From: Chiloscyllium plagiosum
Lineage: Eukaryota
Assembly (NCBI RefSeq): GCF_004010195.1
Contig: NC_057720.1
Location: forward strand, 84,247,918-84,311,917
DNA length: 64,000 nucleotides
Direction: 5' to 3'
In this document: piece after piece, positions 50,985 through 64,000 of the stretch
Layout of the letters: the number at the start of each line of letters is the position of its first letter
Position numbering within the stretch: position 1 is the stretch's first letter
The notes under the pieces: generated by a model
Told to the model about the DNA's origin: nothing
The model's input: the letters and a program-made list of their open reading frames with translations, nothing else
Databases searched by the model: none
Program-made: the position numbers and the translations under genes

Positions 50985-53134
50985 TTGTTGTAATGGGTGA
51001 CTTTAACTTTCCCAATATTGATTGGAACCGCCTTCGAGCAGAAGATTTGAATGGAGGTGTTTTTGTAAGGTGTGTTCAGGAGGGTTTCCTAACTCAGTAC
51101 GTTGACAGGCCGACAAGGGGAGAGGCCATTCTAGACTTGGTGCTCGGAAACGAGCCGGGGCAGGTATCAGATCTGGTGGCGGGAGAGCATTTTGGTGATA
51201 GTGACCACAACTGCCTCACATTCTACATAGCTATGGAGGAGAGGATTAGGCAAAATGGGAGGATATTTAATTGCGGAAGAGGAAACTATGATGCGATTAG
51301 ACATGAGTTAGGAAGCATGGACTGGGAGCAATTGTTCCATGGTAAAAGCACTATAGACATGTGGAGACTGTTTAAGGAACAGTTGTTGCGAGTGATGAAT
51401 AAACATGTCCCTCTGAGACAGACAAGAGGGGGTAAGCTGAAGGAACCTTGGATGACGAGAGCGGTGGAGCTTCTCGTCAAAAGGAAGAAGGTAGCTTACA
51501 TAAGGTGGAGGAAGCTAGGGTCAAGCTCAGCTCTAGAGGATTACAGGCAGGTGAGGAAGGAGCTCAAAAATAGTCTGAAGAGAGCCAGGAGGGGGCACGA
51601 GAAAGGCTTGGCAGAACGGATTAGGGAGAAAGAGAATGGTCAAAGAAAGAGTAGGGCCTATCAGGGATAGCATAGGGAACTTGTGTGTGGAGTCTAAGGT
51701 GGTAAGGGAAGCCCTAAATGAATTTTTTGCTTCTGTCTTTACGAAAGAAACAAACTTTGTAGTGAATGAAACCTTTGAAGAGCAGGAATGGATAGAGACA
51801 GAGGAAGCTGATGTGCTGAAAATTTTGTCAAACTTTAAGATTGACAAGTCGCCAGGCCCGGACCAGATTTGCCCTCGGCTGCTTTGGGAAATGAGAAATG
51901 CAATTGCTTCGCCACTTGCGAAGATCTTTGCATCCTCGCTGTCCACTGGAGTCGTACCTGAGGACTGGAGAGAGGCAAATGTAATTTCTCTCTTCAAGAA
52001 TGGAAATAGGGAAATCCCCAGCAATTACAGACCAGTAAGTCTCACGTCTGTTGTCTGCAAGGTGTTAGAAAGGATTCTGAGGGATAGGATTTATGACCAT
52101 CTGGAAGAGCATGGCTTGATTAAATGCAGTCAACACGGCTTTGTGAGGGGCAGGTCATGCCTCACAAACCTTAGCAGGGCTCTGTCTTTGGGCCTCTATT
52201 GTTTGTAATTTTTATTAATGACTTGGATGACGGTATTGAAGGATGGGTCAGCAAGTTTGCAGATGACACAAAGGTTGGAGGTGTCGTTGACAGTATAGAG
52301 GGCTGTTGGAGGCTGCAGCGGGACATTTACAGGATGCAGAGATGGGCTGAGAGATTGCAGATGGAGTTCAACCTGGATAAATGCGAGGTGACTCATTTTG
52401 GAAGGTCGAATTTGAAAGCTGAGTACAGGATTAAGAATAAGATTCTTGGCAGTGTGGAGGAACAGAGGGATCTTGGTGTGCAGGTACATAGATCCCTTAA
52501 AATGGCCACCCAAGTGGACAGGGTTGTTAAGAAAGCATATGGTGTTTTGGCTTTCATTAACAGGGGGATTGAGTTTAAGAGTCGTGAGATCTTGTTGCAG
52601 CTATATAAAAAACTTTGGTTAGACCGCACTTGGAATACTGCGTCCAGTTCTGGTCGCCCTATTATAGGAAAGATGTGGATGCTTTGGAGAGGATTCAGAG
52701 GAGGATGCTGCCTGGACTGGAGGGCTTATCTTATGAAGAGAGGTTGACGGAGCTCGGACTTTTTTCATTGGAGAAAAGGATGAGGAGAGGGGACCTAATT
52801 GAGGTATACAAGATAATGAGAGGCATAGATAGAGTCGATAGCCAGAGACTATTTCCCAGGGCATAAATGGCTAACATGAGGAGTCATAGTTTTAAGCTGG
52901 TTGGAAGAACGTATAGAGGGGATGTCAGAGGCGGGTTCTTTACACAGAGAGTTGTGAGAGCATGGAATGCGTTGCCAGCAGCAATTGTGGAAGCAAGGTC
53001 ATTGGGGACATTTAAGAGACTGCTGGACATGCATATGGTCACAGAAATTTGAGGGTGCGTACATGAGGATCAATGGTTGGCACAACATCGTGGACTGAAG
53101 GGCCTTTTCTGTGCTGTACTGTTCTATGTTCTAT
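50985..53134 (+). mobile_element. Young 5'-truncated CR1 LINE ORF2 with an internal RT deletion
   Basis: MGDFNFPNIDW..GDSDH; DKSPGPD; NYRPVSLTS; QHGFVRGRSCLTNL joined directly to QGSV; SKFADDTK; (GTTCTAT)n tail. Confidence 0.95.
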
Positions 53135-53164
53135 TGGTCAAAGACATGTCTCAAGAATGTCCCT

Positions 53165-53720
53165 TAGTGTGGAAGATGGGGAAATTATTAATGAGGCAAG
53201 AGGAAAGTGGAAATGAGGGGGGCTTTGGACAAGTACTTTGTATCAGTCTTCATGGTAGAGAACCCAAACAAAAGTCAGGAACTGTTGAAAATCAAGAGGT
53301 AAGAGGGAGGAACTTAGAACAATTACTTTCATGAGAGAAAAATATATGGGAATGCAAAATAAGACTTAGGGCTGACAAGTGCCGTGGATCTGATGGCGAG
53401 CATCGTAGGTTTTGTTAAAGTTGTTGCCGAGATGGCAGATGCATTGGATGTAATCTTCCAGAATTCCCTTCATTCTGGAAAGGCTCCAGGTGATTGGAAG
53501 ACTACAATTTAACATCTTTGTATAGATCAGTGAGCCTAACATCTTTCATTGAGAAAATGATAGAAACCCATCCATCATCTTGGAGTTAGCAGCAGGACAT
53601 TCAGAAAATCAAAGTAAAATCATATTGACGCTGATGGATTGTACTTTAAAGAAATCATGTTGACAAATTTACTGGAGTTCTTTGACAATATAACAGAGTT
53701 GGTACATAGAGATAGCTGAA
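53165..53720 (+). mobile_element. Old CR1 fragment
   Basis: ADKCRGSDG; IFQNSLHSGKAPGDWK; KKSC.TNLLEFFD. Confidence 0.7.
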
Positions 53721-53984
53721 GTTAGTGGGTAAAGATTTAATAAGTGGAGTATAATGTAAATGAGAGGTTGGAAGGAAAGACAGACCAGCAGTCTTTTGTA
53801 CAAGGGGGACTAGAGTTATAGAAGTAGGAAAGTGTTGCACCAGAAACCAAAAGTACGGCGCTTATGCAGAGAACAAAGATGATAATTTTGTTTTACCAAT
53901 GTATTGGAGAAAATTGCAAGTTCCTCCAAGAATGGATGTTGGGCAGGCTCCTCAATGGCATGAGGCTTGATCAGTTTTTGCTGC

Positions 53985-56885
53985 CACTGTACCTCAGTGG
54001 CTTAAGAGGTGAACACTTAAGGTGATGAATGGGTGCCAATCAAGCAGGTTGGACGGTGCTGCGCTCGAATTTGCCAGATCTCCTCTCATCCATGAAAGTG
54101 GAGGATGTACCATCACATAGTTGACACATTCACTGTGTACGATGGAAAGGCTTTGGGTGGTTAAAAGGAGAGTTCCTGGCCTCTGACCTGTTCAGTTAGT
54201 ATTCACATGGCTTACCTATGTAAGTTTCCGGTCAATGGCAATCTCCAGGATATTGTTAAGTGATTCAGTAAACAATGTCATTAAAACTCAAGGTGTGAGG
54301 ATTAAATTCTCTCTTGCTGCAAATGCTCACTGCCTGACACTTGCCACTCATCAGATTAAGCACAAATGTTGTACATATGTGCATGTGTTCCTACTTCACT
54401 GTGAGAAAAGTAAAGTGGTACTGAACAATGTGCAATGATCAACAAACATTTCAGTTTCTGAGCTTTTGAGGGAAAAAAGTCATTGATGAATCTGTAGGTG
54501 GTTGGGGCTTGGAAACCTTTCTGAGGAACTCCTGCAGCAACGCCTTATGCTGAAGATGAATATCATCCAACAACCATCAACTGGCATACTATGGACAAGA
54601 TATTACCAGTTTCCCACTAATTCGTCTTCTTCTGCATGGACCTACAAGTCTGTGTGAAGCTGCACACATGCACAGCTTTGAGGGAAGCTCAGGTGTTCCA
54701 TCGTACAGCTGGAATGCTGTCAGGGCCCATAGGTATTTTTAATCTCTCTTTTCATATATGTTAATGCTTACCTCTAGAGCAGATTGGACTTGAACCCTGG
54801 ATTCCTGGTTCAGAGGTAGGTAGACATTGGGTATGACTCTAACAGGTGGAGAGTTTTCCCAATTCATGCTATCTTCAATGTTGCTAAATCCCACACTCAA
54901 TCAAACGTTCCCTTGACGTCAAAGTGAGTCACTTGCATTGCCTCAGAGTTCAGCTCTTTATTTCATACTTGGAAGGCTGCAAACAGGTTTGGAACTGAGT
55001 AGCCTGGTGGAAATCAAACTAAGCACTTGTGTGCAGGTTAATGCTGAAAAAGACTGTTTGATAGTGCTCTCAATGGAACCATTGCTCACTTGATGACTAA
55101 GTGTAGACTGATGGGGCAACAAATGTCCAGACTGAATTTCTCCTTTTATTGTGGATACAACTTACTGAGGCAATTTTCACATTATTGGTTAGATACCAAT
55201 GTTGTAATATCACTGTAACAGCATGGTAAAATGTGTGGCTAGTTCTAGATCTCAGGTCTTCAATACTACAGCTGGAATGCTGTCAAGGCCCATAGGCATT
55301 TTTAATGCCCCTTTTCAAGTATGTTAATGCACATTTCTGGAGCAGGTAGGACTTGAACCAAGGCCTCCTGGATCAAAGGTAGATACATTACCATGGCACC
55401 ATGAAAGCCCTTTGTTAGGGCCCATAATTATTGTGTTCAGTTACTTCTTGAAATCATGTGGAATTAATTGAATTAACTGAAGATTAGCATGTATAATGCA
55501 GAGATCTCAGGATGGTTCATGCATTCTACATCTCTGACTCAAGATGTTGCATATGCTCAACTTTTGCAAATAACCCCACTATTGACAGTGGAGTTATTTG
55601 TAGAGTCTTCTCTTCCAGTTAGTTTAGTTTATCACAATTCTGGCTGGATGTGATTGAACTACAGAGATTTGACTTGATCTGTAAGATAGTTTAGCAATGT
55701 TCTTGCAGCTAGTCTTATGTTGTATTGTTGTTTTGCCAGGGTGGGATTTCATGGTTAGATATGCATAATACTGCTCCTAGCCTGTTCATCTACACTCCTT
55801 ATTGACCAAGGTATTGACTCCGAGCTTTAAGGTAATGGTTAACATGGAATTATACCAGAAACTTAATCACAAATTGTGGTTAAAAACAATTCTGTAGCTC
55901 CTGCTGATGGCTGATGTTCTGAATTGATCCCATTTCGCACTGTGGTGATGTCAAACAGCAGAATGAAAGCTGGTGATGGTGTGATTGTGTCTCCATAAGG
56001 AACATACACTGGTCACCTTCACTGCATCACTGACCAGTGGATCGGTAGACTGATGAGGAGAACAAACAGGTTGTCTTCTCTTGTTAATTCCTTCTACCAG
56101 CTATTGCAGGCCTAGTCGAAAAGATATGCCATTCAGGACTTGGCCAACTAGGTCACCAGTGGTTCTCCCCAGTCACACTTACTGATGGGCGTTGAAGTCC
56201 CTCATCAAAATCTGTCTATTGTCTTGTTTTCTATCCACTTTGTATTTCTTCGAAACAGTGCTCAACATGGAGGAGCACTCATTCATCAGTTGAGGGTGGA
56301 TGGATTGTGGTGACTGGAAGGAATCTTCCAACCCTGTATTAGACCTGATGTGGTCTGAAGTCAACACTGGAAACTTCCTTGGGTAAAAATTCTGGAACAC
56401 CCTTTCTAATTGTACTGTGGGTCTCCCTACAGCACATGGGCCACATACTTCAAGAAGGTAGCGCATGACCATCTTCACAAGGTCCATTACAGATGCACAA
56501 CAAAATGTTGTTCCAGCTAGTGAGACCTAGGTCCCATAAGCAAACTTGAAAAAAATTTTTAGGGCCACTCCCTTCCCCTCATCTATATATCTGCTGTTGG
56601 GACAGGACATGCCCAGGGATAGTCATGGCAGAGTCTGTGGTATTGGTTGTAGACATGTTCACTAAGTATGACTATGCCAGATTTCATTTGTCTGGCTAAG
56701 GGGCAGCTCTCCCAACTTTGGAATAATTTTACCCAATATTAGTGAGGTTGGCTTTTTAGAGTTGACTGGACAAGGACTGCCTTTGTTGTTTCCAGTGTCT
56801 AGGTCTGTACGAGACAGCCTATCAATTTTATTCTTACTGACTTTCCCAAAGTGATTTTATATAACTGAACTTGCTAGGACACCTC
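53985..56885 (-). mobile_element. Old family B CR1-group LINE (EN plus RT), rearranged
   Basis: Reverse-complement similarity to 14650-17230 (RDFNAHQ EN motif; GGGCAGCTCTCCCAACTTTGG; CAGTTCAGC/GTCAAGG RT region). Confidence 0.7.
55290..55412 (-). mobile_element. Short tRNA-derived SINE; partial duplicate at 54730-54828
   Basis: TGGTGCCATGG A-box-like and GGTTCAAGTCC B-box; flanked by (A/G)GGCCCATA duplication. Confidence 0.6.
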
Positions 56886-57399
56886 AGAGAGCTGTATGCT
56901 TAAAACTGTACTGGATTACCACTTTCATATGAATATGTTTTAAAAGAACAATATATATTCCATTATGCTGCAAGAGTTTATATCCATTTTGCAAAGTAAC
57001 TTTAGCAGAAACTTGAAGTATACTCTAATCAGCACACTTTTATGCAAATTTGTGTCATTTCTCAGTTATGCCCAAGGTACAAACTCAAAGGTCACAACAA
57101 TCTGTTGGCGTGTGTCAAATATGGACAATGCATGTGTAAGTAACATGAGAGCCAGGCAAGTGGTCTTGGATGGGTATTGTGAATATGCCACTCCCATAGC
57201 AGAGTGGAGAGAAGTGTCTGAGGAGGATTCTGGGAAAAGTTGGTTCATTCACCACAACTGAGAAGGGGATTGTGGAGGACCCAATATCAAAAAATGGTGA
57301 AGCCCCAAGCATTGCATTAGCATTTCCTTCTGATGAACCAAAAAAAAGAGCAAGAGACAGGATCAGGGCGTTTCCCTCAACAGCATGCATCATCTTGGC

Positions 57400-58131
57400 C
57401 AGTAAAGGTAGCAGGGACCCTGGGAAATCTTGTGATAAGTATCTTATGTAAAATGCAGGAGATTTACATCTACAAGGTATCCACGACTGTCAGATCTGCA
57501 TAAAGTGCCAGAGGGTAGCAGCCTTGAATAACATCTAGCTGATTTAGAGCAACAACTCTCTTCACTATGCACCAGAAAAGAAGGAAAGAGGTTTCCAGAA
57601 CAGAGGGTGGTTAGTCCACATCATGATAGGCAAACAAGGAGGAGTGTAGAATGTAAAGAAAGAGATAGCAGGTTCAGGAAAATCAGGACTCCTTGGAGCT
57701 GTCTAACAGGTATGAAATTTTAGGTCTCTACTTAACGAGCAATACAACTGAGTTGGGAGTGGATGACTTAAGAGAAAACCACAGTACTATGGTGCTCAAG
57801 GTTATTCTGTGAAAAGAGTTCGATTAGAAAGCTGGTAGTAGTGGATGTCTCAACAATTCGAGGGATAAATAATCTAGTTTGTAACTGAGATCATGAATCC
57901 CATTTGGTCTGTTGCCTCCTGTGTGGAAGGGCTCGGACATAAAGAAATGGGCAGATAATGGGCAAGGAAGAGATAAGGGCAAGATTAAATTGTATGTATA
58001 TAAATGCATGGACTATAACGAACAAAACTGGGAAACTGGAAGCAGAAATTACTCAAGGGGGATATGACACGGTGGCATTGACAGAAACATGGCTCAAATC
58101 AGAATATGATTTGGAGATGCCGGTGTTGGAC
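57400..58131 (+). mobile_element. CR1 5' part: ORF1 remnants (zinc finger/esterase) and start of ORF2 endonuclease
   Basis: ICIKC..; VSTIRGI.NLVC..HESHLVCCL (SGNH-like ORF1); LNCMYINAWTITNKTGKLEAEI..YDTVALTETWL. Confidence 0.8.
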
Positions 58132-58631
58132 NNNNNNNNNNNNNNNNNNNNNNNNNNNNNNNNNNNNNNNNNNNNNNNNNNNNNNNNNNNNNNNNNNNNN
58201 NNNNNNNNNNNNNNNNNNNNNNNNNNNNNNNNNNNNNNNNNNNNNNNNNNNNNNNNNNNNNNNNNNNNNNNNNNNNNNNNNNNNNNNNNNNNNNNNNNNN
58301 NNNNNNNNNNNNNNNNNNNNNNNNNNNNNNNNNNNNNNNNNNNNNNNNNNNNNNNNNNNNNNNNNNNNNNNNNNNNNNNNNNNNNNNNNNNNNNNNNNNN
58401 NNNNNNNNNNNNNNNNNNNNNNNNNNNNNNNNNNNNNNNNNNNNNNNNNNNNNNNNNNNNNNNNNNNNNNNNNNNNNNNNNNNNNNNNNNNNNNNNNNNN
58501 NNNNNNNNNNNNNNNNNNNNNNNNNNNNNNNNNNNNNNNNNNNNNNNNNNNNNNNNNNNNNNNNNNNNNNNNNNNNNNNNNNNNNNNNNNNNNNNNNNNN
58601 NNNNNNNNNNNNNNNNNNNNNNNNNNNNNNN
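58132..58631. other. Assembly gap (500 N)
   Basis: Run of exactly 500 N. Confidence 1.
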
Positions 58632-59200
58632 GATGCCACACGTGTTCGAATGCATCCTGGATGTCAGGGGTGTCACTGTCACCTCACTTCTGGAATTCAG
58701 CTCTTTTGTCCATGCTTCAACCAAGGTTTTAATGAGGTCAAAAGCTGACAGACTCTGGTGGAATCAAAATTGGGCATCACTTAGCAGCAGTTGCTGCTTG
58801 ATAGCAATGTTGATGACACATTCCATCACTTTATTGATGATCAAGAGTAGACTGATAGGATGGTAAATAGCTGGATTGGATTTGTCCAGCATTTTGTGTA
58901 CAGCTCATACCTGGACAATTTTCCACAGTGTTTAGTAGATGCCAGTGCTGTAATTGTACTTGAACACCTTGACTAGGGGAGATACAAGTTCTGGAGCACA
59001 AATCTTCAATATTACTGTTATCAGCAGTGTTGTCAGGGCCCACAGCCTTTGCAGTATCCAGTGTCTCCAACCTTTTCTTGACATCGCAGGGAGTGAATAG
59101 AATTGGCTGAAGACTGTATACTGGGGACCACTGGAAGAGGCTGAGATTGATCATTGAGTTGGCACTTCTGTTGAAGATTGGTGCGAATGCAGCAATAGGA
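58632..59200 (-). mobile_element. Family B CR1-group LINE RT fragment
   Basis: VKKRLETLDTAKAVGPD; WTKELNSRSEV. Confidence 0.88.
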
Positions 59201-59204
59201 CTCA

Positions 59205-60250
59205 CTACACCTCTTACTACTCACTTGATATTCATATACTGGTAGAAAATATCTGGATTCTCTTTTATGTTGACTGCCATCATCTGATCATACATGCTTT
59301 TTGCCAGTCTTTATTTTATTTTCACTTTCCTTTCTAACCTATTAGAGGTGACTTGGCTCTCACTTGAAGAATTCACCCTCCTTTTTATGTTCAATCGTAA
59401 TCTCTATTTCTCTTGTCATGTATTCTAAATCCATTTAGAGCATTTCGCCCTTGCCATTGCAAGATACATCTCGAAACTTCTTTAAATGTTGAGGTTTCTG
59501 CCTCCAGCATATTTATAGGTAGTGAATTCCAGATTCCTACCACCCTCTGCATGAAAATGTTTTTTTTCTCACATCTCTTTTAAGCCTTCTGCACGTCACC
59601 TCAAATCTATTCCCCCAGTAATTAATCCTATCAAGAAGAGAAGTTTCTTCCTGTCTACCCTAAATTTGCCACTCATAATTTTATACCTCTCAATCAGGTC
59701 TCCTCTCAATCTCCTCTGCTCTAAGGTAAAACCCCAGTCTATCCAATCTTTCTTTATAACTGAAACTCTCCAGCCCAGATAACATCTTTTAATGCACTCT
59801 CAATTAAAAAGTTACAACTTTCATCTGTAGTGGTGGCCAACAATCTCACTTTATTCACCTTTCTTTGATATGTTGGTGCCCATCCCTCTGCTAATTTAGA
59901 TTAAAAGCCTCCCCACTAAAAAATTTCTTTGTGAGAACACTGGTGCTCATCCGAAGTGCAATCCGTGTCTTTTGAATAGTGTCTTCTGTCCCAGATCTGG
60001 TCCTCATGCTTTAAGAATTTGCAGCTCTCCCTTCTGTACCTTGCTTTAAGCCACGCATTGATCCTTCCCATCTTCCTATTTCTACTCTTGCTACTGCATG
60101 TGACTTAATCCAGAGTTATCCTGAAGTTACTGCCTTCGAGGTCTTCCTTGCTTATTTCCTTCCCGGCTCCTGAAACTTAATCTTCGCACCTCAATACTTG
60201 CCTTGCGTCATCAGTACCAACATGTCCCACAACTTCTAGCTCACCCTCTT
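59205..60250 (-). mobile_element. CR1 fragments (ORF2 linker, 3' end, ORF1 esterase)
   Basis: Reverse complement of [21 protein letters not shown] and of HVGTDD..INAWLK. Confidence 0.7.
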
Positions 60251-60664
60251 CCCCTCAGCAAGTGAACATGTGGAGGAAGAACAGGACCATATGCTAATAA
60301 GTATATGCTTCAGGAAGGCTTCCAATTTCATACAGGTCTACTTCCTCAAAGTTTTATGCTCCTAAATGTTGAGCATAAGCTATTCACACAAACTGAAGGA
60401 GCCTCCCTTTGCAAATTCCTTCCTGTTATACACTGTTTTCTCTTGTAAAGCATACAGCTGGAAGGTATTTTTCCAAATATGAAAATTATTGTTTGCATTA
60501 GCAACAATAAAATTTGCTGTGCTAAGTGTGGGAAACCATGCAAAATTTGTTAAGAGGTGTCAAACTTGATTATGAATCCTTAGTTATTGATCATTTGTTT
60601 GTCTACTTGATGAAATGGAATACCAGCTGGACATAAAATGGAGGACATCAGAGAGCACAGCTGC

Positions 60665-61110
60665 CAGCTTGGGCAGTAAGTAGTCCTCTCGCCTCCAAGT
60701 CAGAAAGCCTTTGGGATCAAGTCCCACTCCAGGTTGACACTCCAGCGCTGTCCTGAGGAAGTGTTGCACAAATGGAGCTGGATGAGAACTTAAACTGAGG
60801 CTCTGTTAGCCCCATCAGGTGAATGCCTGGTAGTACTGTTTTGAAGAAAAGTAGGATATTTTCACTGCCATTGCACCTTCCTTTCTAACACTCGGCTAAT
60901 ATTTATTCCTTAATCATCATTGTCACAAAAATAAATCATTTTGTCATTACCACATTATGGTTTTTAGTGGCTTGCTGTGCAAAAACTGACTCGTGTTTTA
61001 TATTTTATAACAATAACTCAATGTCAGAAGTACTGAATTGGCTGCCAAATGCTTTGAGGAATCTGGTAATTAGGATGCCTCTGTACAAATGCACATATTT
61101 CCTTTTCTCC
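60665..61110 (+). mobile_element. SacSINE1/DeuSINE-like SINE
   Basis: tRNA head (GGGATCAAGTCCCACTCCAG); Deu-like core (GGATGAGA..TTAAAC.GAGG, TTTGAAGAA, GGCTAATATTTAT); L2-like tail AAGTACTGAATTGGCTG..GCTTTG..AAATGCA..TTTCCTTT. Confidence 0.7.
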
Positions 61111-62164
61111 ACAGACAATCAAATTGTCTTCACTTTCACCCACAGTTTTTGGCTGTCGCAGATAACGACGACACTGCCTTTACACCTAATATGAGGCAAA
61201 TGAGTGGGAACTTATATGGAGTTATGTGGGAAATGTCTTTCCTGCACTACTTGTACAAGCGCTTACACTCGTGTTGCAAAATAGAGATATCCTGCATTGT
61301 TGACCAGTCATTTGGTTGCAGTTGTTTAGGTATGTTTGCTGGGCTGAGAAATTCCCAGCTCAGTGAACATACCCACAACTGCAACTGGCACCCGAGCTGC
61401 AAATCTACACAACCCTAGAGTCATTTGGTTGTTAGCACTCAGCAAGCTACACAGGAATAGTTTTAATTAGCAGATACAACTTTTTCCCACCTTATGCTGT
61501 TGGACAAGCTTTTGTCAACAAATGCAATCCAGAGTGCACTCATGATACATTATTCATGAGATCACATTTATAAAATCCTGAGTGTCTGGCAACTTCAGGA
61601 AGTACAAAGTTTTCTGCAAGTCCTACAGTTTCAACACATAAAGTGGAAAGTTACATGTAATTGTGCAAAATCAAGAAATAGGAGGCAGAGAATTATGAAA
61701 TATTAAAACATTCAAAAGATGCGCACGTGAAAAGAAAGATACAAGTTTGATTTCATTATATATATGCTCTGTTCCTATAAATATTAGAATAAAAAAGCAA
61801 AATGGAAATTATAGTTAAGTAATTCAACTGAGTAGCAGTTCTTGCAACCCCCAAGAAAAGATCCAATCAACCTCCTAGCTGGTAGTTTTTCACTCTAATC
61901 TTTTGATGTTCTTTGAAATAAAGGCTTAATTTTTTTTAGTTCTTACAAAAGATAGGCAATAGACTGATCATTTTTTAAGAGTTGTAAATTCCCATGAAAT
62001 TCTAGCCATGGGAAACGCACACAAATATTTTGAGTGTACAGCAAAAAGGTTGATATCAAATGGAGATCAGACAGCAAAGTATGCCTACCAATGTCTACCT
62101 AAAACAGAAGTAAAACACAAGATAATCTTGGCTCATTCAACAACATCGGTATCCATACAGCAGC

Positions 62165-62435
62165 TTTAAAGCAGTAAAATGATTCAAGATGCTTCACGAT
62201 AATCTTATCACAGAAGAGAAATTCGGGAGGATGGTTGATGATTTGGTCAAAGAGATAGATTTTAAGAAACACCTTAAAAGGAGGAAAGAGAGGGGACAGG
62301 TTTAAAGGAGGGAATTCTAAGGTTTACAGCTTTAGCAGCTGAATCTCAGCCATTGAAGATAGCATGATTAAAGTTGGGGTAGGTCAACAGGCCAGAATTG
62401 TATACGTACAGATCATAGGCTGGAGGAGATTCATA
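62165..62435 (-). mobile_element. L2 LINE 3' end (old)
   Basis: TTGGTCAAAGAG.TAG.TTTTAAG..GGAGGGAATTC.A typical reverse L2 tail. Confidence 0.55.
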
Positions 62436-62514
62436 ACTGTGTACATAAATGCCTTGTTAATTCACGAGGACGTATAACCTTAAGCTGTGAATGGGTCATT
62501 AGAAACTGTGAATG

Positions 62515-62985
62515 TCTGAACATAATACATGAAACAGAACCAAGAGTAGACTACATGGCCCCTCAAATCTGCGCCAGACATTTAAGAGTATAGCTGATTC
62601 TTGATCTTGACTCCATTTTCCTTACCCATTTACACAACCCTTGATTAGCTTAATGCCCAATCGTGGCCTTGAATTTATTCCATCTTTGTGCAACTTATGG
62701 CCTTCTGGATTCAGGATTCTTATGAGTTACATACTTCTGAGTTAAAATAGTTCTCTGCATTTCAATACAAAATAGCCAATTTCTTAACCTGAAACTATGT
62801 GTCTAGTTGTCGATTCGTGCATCAGGGGAAACAGTCTGAGTAACCACCTTGTCAAGCCTCACAGCTTCATATTTACAGTGAGATCAGCTTTCATTTTTCA
62901 AAATTCCAGATAGTCTAAGCTCATTTTATTCATAGGGCAACCCTCTCATCTCAGGACTCAATCTGGTGATTGAGATGACATTAAT
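62515..62985 (-). mobile_element. CR1 3' end (old)
   Basis: GAAACAGAACCAAGAGTAG..GGCCCCTCAA; ATCAGGGGAAACAGTC. Confidence 0.6.
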
Positions 62986-63139
62986 TTTGGTTCTCTTTCC
63001 ACGATTATTGCTAGATGTGCTGAATATGTTTTAACATTTTTGTTTCCTTTCAATCTAATGAACTTTTGATGTACTTCTGTAAGGCAAGGAAATTTTTCTT
63101 AAATAAGACAACTAAAACTGCACCCCATGCATACCCAAC

Positions 63140-63255
63140 AGTACTCTTTTCAGAAGAGTCATATTGGAGTTAAATCATTTTCTCCATTGATGCTTCCATA
63201 TCTGCTGTGCTTCTCCAGCACTTTATCTTTATTGCGAACATTCTGTGTTTCTAGT
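63140..63255 (+). mobile_element. Penelope-like pLTR remnant
   Basis: GAAGAGTCATATTGGA..GATGCTTCC..CTGCTGTGCTTCTCCAGCACTT. Confidence 0.5.
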
Positions 63256-64000
63256 ACAAAGACACCCAAATCACTCTTAATCAAATATGCAATTATATCT
63301 CACCATTTAAAAACATAAAAGCTTTCCTTTTGCTGTGTTGGGATCTTCTCAGGCAGAAAAGTTTAAAAATCAAGAATATGTTCCATTGCATCTTTCAGGG
63401 CTTGTGTTCTCCCAATGATTACTGTACTTAGGAGGCAAAGAATCTCGAAGTATCATCATGAAATGTGAAGATTAGTGATTTATTTTAAGATACTAAAATT
63501 AGGAGATTCAATTTATATATTTCATTTAAAAAATGTTCTTCAAAACGTTGCTACTTATCAACATTAAAATCTTATTTTGATGCTTATGCACAGCTGCAGA
63601 TGCACAGTGTAACATTGTAGTAATTGGTACCTGTTGTCTGTTGCTTTGGCAGGCAGAACTCAAATGCTTAAACCAGAGCATTGCATTCCCTCTATTACCA
63701 GCCTGGAATTTGTAAGAGTTTCCTGAAAATGAGTGCAAAAAAAAAGCAATATTATATTCAATTGTTACAGTGTTAACTCGACATTGGAAGCTTTTTTTTA
63801 AAGAAAATACATTCTACCACTAAGAATCAGAAAAAGGTTGCATAATTAGAAACTTAAAAGACCCAATATATTTGCCAATCTTTGGCTCACTCAGTCTTGT
63901 GAACAGATTGAAACAAATACAAAAGGAGAGGAAATTAGACCTTTTTCCATTCATTACTCACCCTTTTCAGAGTCTGTAAGCTGGAAAACATCTGGATGCT

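Noticed and set aside
57958-58866. 302-aa ORF apparently joining an endonuclease to downstream sequence
   Set aside because: It spans an N gap, and the two sides belong to different LINE families in opposite orientations.

Overview
Eukaryotic, vertebrate, AT-rich intergenic or intronic DNA made almost entirely of transposable-element remnants. The repeat repertoire points to a cartilaginous fish, probably a shark (inference): HER1-type CR1 LINEs, HE1-like and SacSINE1/Deu-like SINEs, and Penelope-like pLTRs carrying hammerhead cores. I recognise no host protein-coding gene, rRNA, tRNA gene or CRISPR array. Two 500-N scaffold gaps are present. Best-defined elements: (1) a Buster-family hAT transposon with 16-bp TIRs and a perfect 8-bp TSD (8640-10621); (2) a decayed Gmr1-type Gypsy with a tRNA-Pro PBS (~3900-7680, minus); (3) a Mag-type Gypsy (~46780-50711, minus); (4) a near full-length, ORF1-less CR1-group LINE with a tRNA-like head (~14325-17658); (5) Rex1, RTE, L2, CR1 and Penelope fragments. 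The most interesting structure is a Gypsy LTR hit twice at the same TATA-box site by the same poly(A)-type non-LTR 3' tail, which may indicate an LTR-targeting retroelement, and also hit by the hAT. Other notable structures are a fold-back LTR with 140-bp inverted termini and two templated inversions. Boundaries of decayed repeats are approximate, and family names come from motif recognition, not database searches.
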